Shown here: positions 16,650-25,067 of the stretch, piece by piece
Layout: the number at the start of each line of letters is the position of its first letter
Numbering within the stretch: position 1 is the first letter of the stretch
Assembly (NCBI GenBank): GCA_038858525.1
Contig: JAWCFL010000024.1
Span: 1-27,075, forward strand
Origin: Candidatus Jordarchaeales archaeon
GTDB lineage: Archaea > Asgardarchaeota > Jordiarchaeia > Jordiarchaeales > Freyrarchaeaceae
Reading direction: 5' to 3'
DNA: 27,075 nt
Translations under genes and position numbers: made by a program
The notes under the pieces: model-generated
Databases searched by the model: none
What the model was told of the DNA's origin: nothing
The model's input: the letters and a program-made list of their open reading frames with translations, nothing else

Positions 16650-17810
16650 GTGAGGCGTTACAGGCTTTTGATGAGTGTGGGTCCAACGGAGTGCCCTCCA
16701 TACGTGTTAAAGGAGATGAGCAGACCAATCTACGACTTGAGAGACAGGGACCTCATTGAGATACACCTCGAAAACCTAGAATTGCTGAGGAGAATTTTCC
16801 ACTCAAGTGGTAAAATAATGGTGTTTGCCAGCTCGTCCTTCTCGGCGATGGAGGCGGCTATAGCTAACCTGGTTGAGCCGGGAGATCCGGTTCTCGTCAT
16901 CAATTCCGGGTTTTTCTCAGGGTTTATGGCTGAAATGGCTCAGATCCATGGGGGGCGCGTTTTTCTCACTCCGAGTTTCGAGGAGCAGCCGATCACCCTA
17001 GACGCCTTTGAAAATGCCCTGAGCGAATGTGATGCTAAAGTGGTCTGTATGGTTCATAATGAGACCGGGACGGGGCTTAGGACTCCTATAGAGAGACTTT
17101 GCCTGCTAGCTCATAGTTATGATGCTCTAACCGTGGTGGACGTAGTTTCCACGTTGGGCGGCATGAGGGTTGACGTGGACGGTTGGAGGATTGATGTCGC
17201 CTTCGCCGGCTGCCAAAAGTGCCTTAACGTTCCCCCAACACTGTCAGTGGCCTCAATAAGTGAAAGGGCTTGGCAGAGCTTCGAAAACAGGAAAAATCCC
17301 GTCAAATTATGGTATCTAAACTTTAAAACGCTAAAAATGGCGATTGGCGAAAAGCCAATTTTTCCATACACCTTCCCCATACACTCTATACTAGCACTTA
17401 ACGCCTCGCTAAAACATTTGTTGGCTGAGGGGCTTGAAAACGTTTACGAGCGACACAAGAGAGAGTCAACCGTGGCGAAGAGATTTGTAAGAGAGTTGGG
17501 TCTCTCGATGCATAACCGTTGCGAGGCGTGTCCCGGATGTGAGAATGAAGAGGCTTACTGTGCACTAACCGTAACGGCGTTCAAGACCCCGATACAAGCG
17601 ATGAAAGTCGTTGAGAAAATGGAGCATGACCACGGCGTAAGAATATCAGCTGGACTAAGAGAGCATCAAGAAGACGTCTTGAGAATTGGACACATGGGGT
17701 GGCAAGCACAACCACCATTCACTAAAGCTACTTTAACCTCTCTCGCATCCACACTGAAGAATCTAGGATTAAAGTTAAATTATGAGGAAGCCTTAGCGGG
17801 GCTTCTCTAG
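16650..17810 (+). CDS. Class V aminotransferase (alanine/serine-glyoxylate aminotransferase-like)
   Basis: GPTECP, VHNETGTG, VDVVSTLGG, GCQKCL PLP lysine, LRIGHMG. Confidence 0.88.
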   Translation: MRRYRLLMSVGPTECPPYVLKEMSRPIYDLRDRDLIEIHLENLELLRRIFHSSGKIMVFASSSFSAMEAAIANLVEPGDPVLVINSGFFSGFMAEMAQIHGGRVFLTPSFEEQPITLDAFENALSECDAKVVCMVHNETGTGLRTPIERLCLLAHSYDALTVVDVVSTLGGMRVDVDGWRIDVAFAGCQKCLNVPPTLSVASISERAWQSFENRKNPVKLWYLNFKTLKMAIGEKPIFPYTFPIHSILALNASLKHLLAEGLENVYERHKRESTVAKRFVRELGLSMHNRCEACPGCENEEAYCALTVTAFKTPIQAMKVVEKMEHDHGVRISAGLREHQEDVLRIGHMGWQAQPPFTKATLTSLASTLKNLGLKLNYEEALAGLL

Positions 17811-17861
17811 AGAGATATAGAAACTTAAAAAGCGCACCGTAAAAGCATATGTTGACCCAAG

Positions 17862-18212
17862 TCAAGTAAAGTATTTTTTCACGAATTCCCGCCATGATGG
17901 GAAATCTCTTCTGCGTAGAATCTTGATGGCCTCATCTATTTTGACATCAATGCCCAGTTCGTCGGAGAGGACCTTCAAGAAAGTGAATATGTGCACGTGT
18001 GCTGCGACATGTGAACCTACAACCTCGACCAGAGCGTTGTAAAAACGCTCCACGTCATTCACTAGAAGGCATAGTGCCTCGTCCTCGCTGTCAATCTCTA
18101 ACTCTTCACATAAACGCTCATAGATTATTCGAACCCCTGGGAAACGGTGCTGAAGCCTTGAGAAAGCTTCACGGAAAAGCTCAACTGCCTTAGCAAGCTC
18201 TTCGGACGCCAA
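17862..18212 (-). CDS. Hypothetical alpha-helical protein, resembling archaeal DUF3227-type proteins
   Basis: GGAGG SD plus TTG; NDVERFYNALVEVVG pattern recalled from DUF3227-like proteins, not verified. Confidence 0.55.
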   Translation of the reverse strand: MASEELAKAVELFREAFSRLQHRFPGVRIIYERLCEELEIDSEDEALCLLVNDVERFYNALVEVVGSHVAAHVHIFTFLKVLSDELGIDVKIDEAIKILRRRDFPSWREFVKKYFT

Positions 18213-18272
18213 TACGCTCTCCTCCTAAAAACCAAACTGAACGTTCATTTTTTGTTGTGCCCTCCAAAATAT

Positions 18273-18980
18273 CTAAGTTAAAATCGGAGAACAGTGTGCT
18301 ATGCATTCCCTTCCTTCAAATTTCACTATCGCGTAATGCCATTCGTTGCCTGTAGCTTCAGAAATATAGTGGCATATGAAGGAGGCAATACCACACACTA
18401 TTGTGCCGTCAGCCCTCTCCGAAAGACCAGACTGCTTAGAAATCCTGCAGCCGTCAAACAAGAAGCAGTTCTTAATTAGTAGAAGAACGTCTCCATTTTT
18501 CTTCCTATACCTTACCTCTAGAGGGGCAGTACGCATAGAGACCAGATCACTATACGCCTTAGAAACAGCAGCTTTAATGTCTCCCCTTTTCAGCTCACCG
18601 CCATAATTTTTACGCGCAAACTTAAGAATGCTACGCTCCAATATAACTTCACTAAGACCTTGATAGCCTTCAAACTTTTTACTAACAACAAACATTGCCC
18701 ATATAAGAAGGTAAGGCGCATTTATTTTATCCATCTTAGAGGCAAGATATTCCTCAAGCTGGTCTAGTGTTTTAATGCCACTGGGGGGCTCTTCGCCGCA
18801 AAGCTTAGCTGTTCCCCGCAGAGCGTACTTAATTACGTTTGACTCAAACCCCGCGCCATAAAAGTCAACAACACCTTTCAACCCCTCAACAATAACTCTT
18901 AAGAAGGCCCTAGGGTCCTGCTGCTCGCGGGACGCCCTTCCAACCAACTTAAACAGTAAGTTTTTAAGCATAGGCATCAT
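18273..18980 (-). CDS. Hypothetical protein with a C-terminal V4R/output-domain-like Cys-rich region
   Basis: LLIKNCFLFDGC..IVCGIASFIC..ECIAHC. Confidence 0.55.
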   Translation of the reverse strand: MMPMLKNLLFKLVGRASREQQDPRAFLRVIVEGLKGVVDFYGAGFESNVIKYALRGTAKLCGEEPPSGIKTLDQLEEYLASKMDKINAPYLLIWAMFVVSKKFEGYQGLSEVILERSILKFARKNYGGELKRGDIKAAVSKAYSDLVSMRTAPLEVRYRKKNGDVLLLIKNCFLFDGCRISKQSGLSERADGTIVCGIASFICHYISEATGNEWHYAIVKFEGRECIAHCSPILT

Positions 18981-19060
18981 CCTCGAAGGTTAAAGGTAAC
19001 TAGGCGTTTAGAAACAAATAAAGTTCTTTTTATACTTGTGGTTATTTATAGGTAAAACTT

Positions 19061-19390
19061 TCAGCTTTCTATTGTTTTAGCTAGCTTCGAAATTTCTAGG
19101 AGCATGTCTCGGGAGATTCTACTGGTTAATTCAAGTATTTTCTTTATGCGGTCGTCTTTTAGTTTATAGAACGATCTTTGCCCTTCTCTCCTATATTCGA
19201 GGATTCCGGAGCTTACTAGGGTTTGAAGATGCTGAGATATTGTGGACTGTGACTTTCCGATGAACGGTATTATCTCGCACTGACATTTCTCTCCCTCTTC
19301 GACGAGCTTTAATATTCTCAGTCTCGTCTCGTCCGCTAGAGCTTTCAGAAGCTCGACGTTCTTCTTCATTAGAAGTTCTTCTTTCTCCAA
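19061..19390 (-). CDS. arsR: ArsR/SmtB family regulator with alpha3 CxC
   Basis: LKALADETRLRIL, EKCQCEI, SQSTISQHL..L...G. Confidence 0.92.
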   Translation of the reverse strand: MEKEELLMKKNVELLKALADETRLRILKLVEEGEKCQCEIIPFIGKSQSTISQHLQTLVSSGILEYRREGQRSFYKLKDDRIKKILELTSRISRDMLLEISKLAKTIES

Positions 19391-19448
19391 AATTCCCCCC
19401 GACCAGAGTTCGCTCGTTTTTTCTAATTTATGTTTTAAGAATCGGAAT

Positions 19449-19490
19449 ATATTAATATTTACATGATTTCCAAGTTAAACGGCGCCGTTT
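19449..19490. promoter_or_regulatory. Palindromes ATATTAATAT (19449-19458) and AAACGGCGCCGTTT (19477-19490) in the arsR/dsr divergent promoter
   Basis: Both read directly; operator role is inferred. Confidence 0.4.
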
Positions 19491-19514
19491 TAGTTCTTCA
19501 GGGAGAGTGCTGCC

Positions 19515-19832
19515 TTGAAGGTTGTGATCGTTGTTCTCGATCCTCCCAGCTCGGACAGAGCGAGGAAGATAATGGGGCTACTAGAGGAGTTAGCTGGGCT
19601 CGGAACTGAAGTTTCAGTCTATTTTTTGGGGGACGGTGTCTATTGGGGTATAAAGGGATGCCTCGACAGGTTTGCCAACTCTAGAGCTGAATTTTTCGTA
19701 GAAGAAGGCGATCTTGAGGCGAGAGGTATTCAGAGGGAGATTCTTTCGGAGAGAGTTAACATTGTCTCAGAGATAGTTGAAAGGCTTGTTTATGAAATTA
19801 TGGAAAGGGCGGAGAGAGTCATAAGTGTTTAA
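19515..19832 (+). CDS. DsrH/TusB-like (DsrE superfamily) protein
   Basis: VYFLGDGVY, EEGDLEARG. Confidence 0.75.
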   Translation: MKVVIVVLDPPSSDRARKIMGLLEELAGLGTEVSVYFLGDGVYWGIKGCLDRFANSRAEFFVEEGDLEARGIQREILSERVNIVSEIVERLVYEIMERAERVISV

Positions 19833-19845
19833 GGAGGATTTATGT

Positions 19846-20226
19846 TTGAGGAAAACGTTGACGATAATTCTGTATCGCGGGCCTTATGCGTCCCAAAGGG
19901 TTGATGTGGGGTTGGCTATCGCAGAGAAGGCACTTGAGAGGGGATACGGTGTCAACATTTTCCTCTACATGGACGCTGTGCATGCCCCTAAAAAGGGGCA
20001 GATGCCAAGGTATTTTCCTAACGTAGGTGAGAAGCTTCGTGCCTTAGCAGAGAAGGGTGCGAGAATTAGGGCGTGCTCTCGATGCGCGGCCGCCAGAGGG
20101 TATGTAGAGGAAGACGCTAAGGATGGCGTTTACCCGACAAGCCAATATGTTGATGGAGTGGCTATAGTTAATCTGCGTGAGTTGGGGGACTGGATTAAGT
20201 TAAGCGATAAGGTGATAGTGATCTAG
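19846..20226 (+). CDS. dsrE: DsrE/TusD-like sulfurtransferase
   Basis: RGPY, IFLYMDAV, ACSRCAAARG active-site Cys; TTG 19846 follows AGGAGG. Confidence 0.85.
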   Translation: MRKTLTIILYRGPYASQRVDVGLAIAEKALERGYGVNIFLYMDAVHAPKKGQMPRYFPNVGEKLRALAEKGARIRACSRCAAARGYVEEDAKDGVYPTSQYVDGVAIVNLRELGDWIKLSDKVIVI

Positions 20227-20592
20227 GTGGTGATTGGGTTCAAGAGTGTAGTGCTGGTCATTACGAAGCCGCCTTACGGCTTGGAGGATTGCTTCAGCGG
20301 ACTCTACGTAGCGGTTGCATGCCTTAACAGTAATCTGAAGTGTAGCGTGATTTTCCTGGGTGATGGAGTTTACGCGGCTCTCGCTCATCAGAATACTGAG
20401 AAACTCTCTGTGCCGAGCGTCGAAGACGTCATCTACGCTTTGCTCCCCGAGGCGAAGCTTTACGTTCACAGGAATTCTCTGCTTGAAAGAGGAATACCCG
20501 AATCAAAAGTAGTGAAGGGTATAGAGTTAATTAATGACGCAAAGACAGCGGAACTACTATTAAGTGAGGGGGAGTGTATAATAACATTTTAG
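20227..20592 (+). CDS. dsrF: DsrF/TusC-like protein
   Basis: TKPPYG, IFLGDGVY, SLLERG. Confidence 0.8.
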   Translation: MVIGFKSVVLVITKPPYGLEDCFSGLYVAVACLNSNLKCSVIFLGDGVYAALAHQNTEKLSVPSVEDVIYALLPEAKLYVHRNSLLERGIPESKVVKGIELINDAKTAELLLSEGECIITF

Positions 20593-20847
20593 TTTTAGGC
20601 CCTTAAAAGTTATTTAGGGAAGTGAAGGGTTGAAGGCGGACACAAATGGCTCCCCGCTAACGGAAACATGAATATGGCGTAGCTGAGTTTTTGAGTGTGT
20701 AATTCAATTTCCGTTAGTTATTTTTTGGTCTGCGACTTCATTGTTGAAGAAGTCATTAATTTGAATATAACGATAAATTTAAAAGGAAAAACTCTTTAAT
20801 TCACTCTTAGAGTTTTATTGCTGTTTATCGTTAAAAGGGTGAACTTC

Positions 20848-21132
20848 GTGTCGAAAGTCAAAGTTGATATTTTCATCCCTATCGGTGCTTGTGCATGCCA
20901 GTTCGCCGGCTTCATGGACAAAGTGTTTAACGTGCTCGTGAAGTATCGTGACAAAGTGGAATTTGAGATTAAGTCGTCACTCTCAGATGAAGCTAAAAAC
21001 TACAAGATCGGCAGTAAAGGCGTTGTCCTGAACGGCGTAGAAGTTTTTACGGAGCATTTTAAGCCAGATAAGCTTGAGAAAGCCATAGAACAAGCAATTA
21101 AGAAGATTGAAGAAGGAAAAGTGGAAACTTAG
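20848..21132 (+). CDS. Small thioredoxin-fold protein with a CxC motif
   Basis: VDIFIPIGACACQF..GVVLNG; GTG start after GGGTGA. Confidence 0.65.
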   Translation: MSKVKVDIFIPIGACACQFAGFMDKVFNVLVKYRDKVEFEIKSSLSDEAKNYKIGSKGVVLNGVEVFTEHFKPDKLEKAIEQAIKKIEEGKVET

Positions 21133-21142
21133 TTTTCTTCGC

Positions 21143-21616
21143 TTATTTTTTAATCGATTTTTGCTTTTCAATTCTTTTCTGTTCTTCTCTTATTTTGAAC
21201 TCAACTAGCTTAGCGTATTCTTCAGCGTTCATTAGGTTAGCAGTGTCCGCTTCGAAGTTTCTTGGCTCGACCTTCAGCAACCACCCCTCACCGTAAGGAT
21301 TCTGGTTTAAGAGCTCAGGTTCGTCTTTGATTCTAGAATTCACCTCAACGACGCGGCCGCTTATTGGGGAATAGATTCCCATGACGGCTTTAACCGATTC
21401 GAGTTCTCCTATCTCTTCAGCGGTGTTAATCTCGCATCCTTCTTCTGGCAGGTTTACGTATAGGATGTCGCCCAGCAACAGCTGGAAATAGTCCGTTATC
21501 CCAATAACTGCTGGTGACGCTTCTCTCACCCAGGTATCATGCTGAGAATAGAGAAGCCCTCTAGGGATTTTTATGATGAATTTACCGGAGGCAACCTCTA
21601 TAGCGTCAATCATCAT
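21143..21616 (-). CDS. gcvH: GcvH-like lipoyl carrier protein
   Basis: GITDY, LGDILYV, ELESVKAV (lipoyl Lys), SPISGRVVEVN, NPYGEGWL; N-terminal extension; no gcvT/P/L in the window. Confidence 0.92.
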   Translation of the reverse strand: MMIDAIEVASGKFIIKIPRGLLYSQHDTWVREASPAVIGITDYFQLLLGDILYVNLPEEGCEINTAEEIGELESVKAVMGIYSPISGRVVEVNSRIKDEPELLNQNPYGEGWLLKVEPRNFEADTANLMNAEEYAKLVEFKIREEQKRIEKQKSIKK

Positions 21617-21630
21617 GTAACCTCCAGGCG

Positions 21631-22062
21631 TTAAATGTTAAACTTCATTGCTGTTTGCTTCGTCATTTCTCCTATTATTCTGTCTACTTCTTCCGCTATT
21701 TTTTCAGCTACTTTTCTGGCGAGTTTTTCACTTTCCTCGTCAAGTTTTCTCCTGGAGTTAGACTTAAGACCGTATGCTCTCATTACGTCCGAGACTCTTA
21801 TCACTGCCGCTACATTTCCACCATTCATTTTGATGACTTTCTCGGCGCATCCCTTATCGCACCCATCAACTATTATCGTAGGTTGCTTTCTGACGAAGGC
21901 ACGCTCATCCTCCTTACCTGAAATGTAGAGGGGCAAACATATGACCATCGTCTGGGTTGGTTTAAGCTCCTCCATCACGATTCGCGTAGCCACGCGCGTG
22001 ACGGTGCCCTCAGAAATTTCTTCGCCACCACAAGCCACTATGCCGATCATGGGAATCAGCAT
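21631..22062 (-). CDS. DGC-domain putative zinc-binding protein 1
   Basis: ACGG..CL..IVDGCDKGCAEK. Confidence 0.85.
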   Translation of the reverse strand: MLIPMIGIVACGGEEISEGTVTRVATRIVMEELKPTQTMVICLPLYISGKEDERAFVRKQPTIIVDGCDKGCAEKVIKMNGGNVAAVIRVSDVMRAYGLKSNSRRKLDEESEKLARKVAEKIAEEVDRIIGEMTKQTAMKFNI

Positions 22063-22065
22063 CAG

Positions 22066-22479
22066 CTACACCCCTTCGGAGTTTAATATCCTGTCGACCT
22101 CGCCGCTAACCTTCTCAGCTATTACCTCAGCCAGCTTTCTCCCCTTTTCATCGAGCTCTATCACAGACGACCTGTCAGGCTTCAAGTTCCTATATTCCCG
22201 GAGAAGTTTCGTGACCTCAAACACTACAGCAGGCTTGCCACCGGCGCTCTCCACGGCGAAGCTGGCACACTTTGAGGGGCAACCATTAATCACGATGCAA
22301 GCGTTATCTCTAACCAGCCGTCTAGCACCAACATCGTCGACTATCAGCTTTGGGAGACATACCGTTAATGTTACATCCGGTCTGAGTTCCTCGATGACCC
22401 TGTACGCCGCCTCGCGCGCTATACTCCCGTAAGTCTTCCCTACACCACTACAAGGAAGAACCACCACTTTTTTATCCAT
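22066..22479 (-). CDS. DGC-domain putative zinc-binding protein 2
   Basis: PCSGVG..CLP..INGCPSKCAS (DGC changed to NGC). Confidence 0.85.
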   Translation of the reverse strand: MDKKVVVLPCSGVGKTYGSIAREAAYRVIEELRPDVTLTVCLPKLIVDDVGARRLVRDNACIVINGCPSKCASFAVESAGGKPAVVFEVTKLLREYRNLKPDRSSVIELDEKGRKLAEVIAEKVSGEVDRILNSEGV

Positions 22480-22867
22480 AGGCAGCTTCCTCCTTAATTA
22501 TCCTTTTTAACTCCTCTTTCTCCGGAACAACTCCGACAGTTTTCACCTTTCCATTCACCACAACCACCGGAGTCAGCATTATTCTTCTCTTCCTCGCCTC
22601 CTCAACGTATGGGGCCAGCCACTCATCTATTCCCTTAAAGTCGCGCCTTTCGAAAAGCTCGTCCAGCTCGCCAGTATTAACACCTAAACTTTCGAGGAAG
22701 ATATGTGAGTCCATTATGCGCCCGTACTTTTCAGACTCATCAGAGCCGGCAAAAACGTGCGTTATCTCCATGTCTAATCCTTCTTCATTTTTTATTTCCC
22801 TAAGCATCTTGAGGATCCTACGACACCTTATGCATGGAGGATTTGGACCAATTATAACTATATGCAT
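22472..22867 (-). CDS. Thioredoxin-family redox-active disulfide protein with an internal insertion
   Basis: GPNPPCIRC..TPVVVVNG; ATG 22867 follows GTGGTGA. Confidence 0.8.
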   Translation of the reverse strand: MHIVIIGPNPPCIRCRRILKMLREIKNEEGLDMEITHVFAGSDESEKYGRIMDSHIFLESLGVNTGELDELFERRDFKGIDEWLAPYVEEARKRRIMLTPVVVVNGKVKTVGVVPEKEELKRIIKEEAAYG

Positions 22868-23153
22868 AAGTTTTTCACCACACTTAAAGTTAAAGCTCAA
22901 TACTGAACACGTCTGCTTCCTCGAGGGACATAAAGGATTATCGCTATAAAAAAATATCGTTTAACGTCAATATATTAGACTTCACATCACAGCAGAAACA
23001 TGAAAAGTAAAGAGATAGCGTAGTGCTCCTTTTATGTGAAGACGCATAAAGCACGAGAAATGACGACATTAGTGTAATAGTGACTTTGTACCAAACGCAA
23101 CGCTCTCATAAAGCGAGAATTGTACAAAAATGAAGAGGCACAGTAAAGGTCAG

Positions 23154-23336
23154 GTGAAGCGAAGGTCGTAAGAAGAGTAATAGTAGAACCTGGAGAAGGC
23201 TGAAAAGTTTAGAGGTCAACAAGAGATTATTCTTAGAACGCCAGCAGGACAGTTAGAGGAGCAACGATAGTACGCCCATTAAAAAAGTATGGGGGATTAC
23301 TATGAGGAAGCAAGAAAAGCAGAATGGAATGCCTAG
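23154..23336 (+). pseudogene. Degenerate antitoxin remnant upstream of the PIN pseudogene
   Basis: SD-like CAGGTG; broken frames ending GDYYEEARKAEWNA*; overlaps the PIN start in TA fashion. Confidence 0.4.
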
Positions 23337-23642
23337 AAAGTTTTTATGATATGAACGAAGCTCATAGAAGCCTTAAGTTCAGGAAGAACTTGACGGATAT
23401 ACGATTATTAACATCGTAGAGTTACCAAGGAGGGGTGAGGCTGGCTAACAGTCCTAGCATTTTGCTCAAGGACTACCCTAAGCAATGGAGGCATTTATGG
23501 ATAATGGTGGAGAAGAGAGAAGACACTCTTTATTCCAGCAATCAATTGCATAATTTCAGTAGCCGCGCTTGACAGAAAACTCATTATCGCGACTCGAGAC
23601 AAACAATTTTACATTCTTGAGAAGGGTCTAACCCTGAACTAG
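23324..23642 (+). pseudogene. vapC: PIN/VapC toxin pseudogene
   Basis: Fragments in different frames: ESFYDMN.., GYTIINIVELP, IPAINCIISVAALDRKLIIATRDKQF. Confidence 0.7.
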
Positions 23643-23837
23643 AAGTATCCGAAAAACGGCAAAGTATTAACTCATAGCATGATGTGCCGCTGTCATTAGG
23701 TTTCGGTTGGTTCCGCCATCAACGTTAGCATGTATCTGCTTTTCTAATTATCGACATAAAGCAATGTTTTTAAGTCGACAAATCTACTTTAGCTTGACGG
23801 TCGCCAAACACGAAAGCTAAAGAGGAGAGAATTTATT

Positions 23838-24422
23838 ATGTCAAATAAAAATACGGGCGGCAAAGGGTCATTTATCAATTTGCTGATCCCTCCAAGAGTG
23901 AGGGAAGTCAAGATAACAGAAGTTCTTCCCTGCCTCGCCGCCGAAGACAGGATACGAGTCGTGGGCAACACGGGTGAGAAACTAAGCGACCTCTTGCCAG
24001 TCATGTACCTCTATCTTCCCCAAGCAACGTATAGCAGGGAGTCGGACTCCGTGAGCTTTATGTTCGAAGAGCACCTCATCACTGTTTTTGGTGAGGGAAA
24101 AATAACAGCCACAAACCTGAAGGATAAGGATGAAGCTATACGCACTTTAAACTATGTTAAAGATCTGCTGAACAGGGCAGCGATCTACGTGAACCGGCAT
24201 GGAGTACCATCCCTCGAACTCATGAGTAGCAAGCCCAAAGTCAACCCAATCGAAATCAACAAATCCTTACCAAAAAAGGACTGCGGAGAGTGTGGCGTAT
24301 CTACATGCTATGGCTTCGCTGTAAAGCTCGCGCTCGGAGAATGCAAGCCAAGCATGTGCCCCTATCTCGACGCAAACAGCCAAAAAGAGCTACAAAAGAA
24401 AATACATTTCATTCAAATATAA
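23838..24422 (+). CDS. Fe-S-binding protein (COG4871-like; C-terminal CxxCxxxxC..CP domain)
   Basis: LPKKDCGECGVSTCYGFA..CKPSMCPYL; N-terminal PCLAAEDRIR..ITVFGEGKI domain. Confidence 0.82.
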   Translation: MSNKNTGGKGSFINLLIPPRVREVKITEVLPCLAAEDRIRVVGNTGEKLSDLLPVMYLYLPQATYSRESDSVSFMFEEHLITVFGEGKITATNLKDKDEAIRTLNYVKDLLNRAAIYVNRHGVPSLELMSSKPKVNPIEINKSLPKKDCGECGVSTCYGFAVKLALGECKPSMCPYLDANSQKELQKKIHFIQI

Positions 24423-24660
24423 ACTATCAGTCCTCCAAGCATCATGAAAACTTCTTCCTAAAACGAAAACAACGTAACCTTCTTCTTTTTCTCTTTTCAT
24501 TTAAAGCATCGCCTTCCATGTTCAGTAGACAAACTTATTAAGTTTTGATAGAGAAAGTTGAAGATTGTTTTCTCTTCATCAAGAATAAGAGGGTGAAGCT
24601 AGCGGAGGATTTGGTTTGATCCTTATGGTGGCGTTAAAAGTGTTAGAGGGAGGGTTTTAG

Positions 24661-25067
24661 ATGCCTGAGAGGAGTAGAGATTGGGAGAGGCAAGCGGATA
24701 GAGACCTGAGTGTCGCTGAAGAACTGTTAAGGATGGGGTTTCTTGAGTGGGCTTGCTTTGTAGCTCAGCAAGCTTCGGAAAAGCTGTAAAGGCGGTTTTT
24801 CAGAAGTTGAACGCCACCGCTTGGGGCCGCTCCGTTTATGAGCTACTCGCAATACTAGCAAAAAAGTTTGATGTGGATGAAGAGATCTTGGATTGCGCCA
24901 AAGTGCTGGACAAATATTATATCCCGGCGAGGTATCCTAATAGTTTTGAGAGGAGAAGCCCATATGAGTACTTCACCAAGAGAGAGGCGGAAAACGCCAT
25001 CATTTGTTGCAGAAGAATCATCGAATTCTGTAAAAGTATTCTGGCTAGACCAGGACCGCTTAATTGA
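24661..25067 (+). pseudogene. HEPN-domain protein, frameshifted at an A4 run (24779-24782)
   Basis: MPERSRDWERQADRDL..WACFVAQQASEK, premature TAA 24787; continues AVKA..LDKYYIPARYP in the -1 frame. Confidence 0.85.

Noticed and set aside
22900-23830. Possible selenoprotein (UGA read-through) in the long ORF-free gap
   Set aside because: Frames are broken by TAA/TAG and frameshifts; the content is explained by the PIN TA remnant. Nearby redox genes all use Cys codons.
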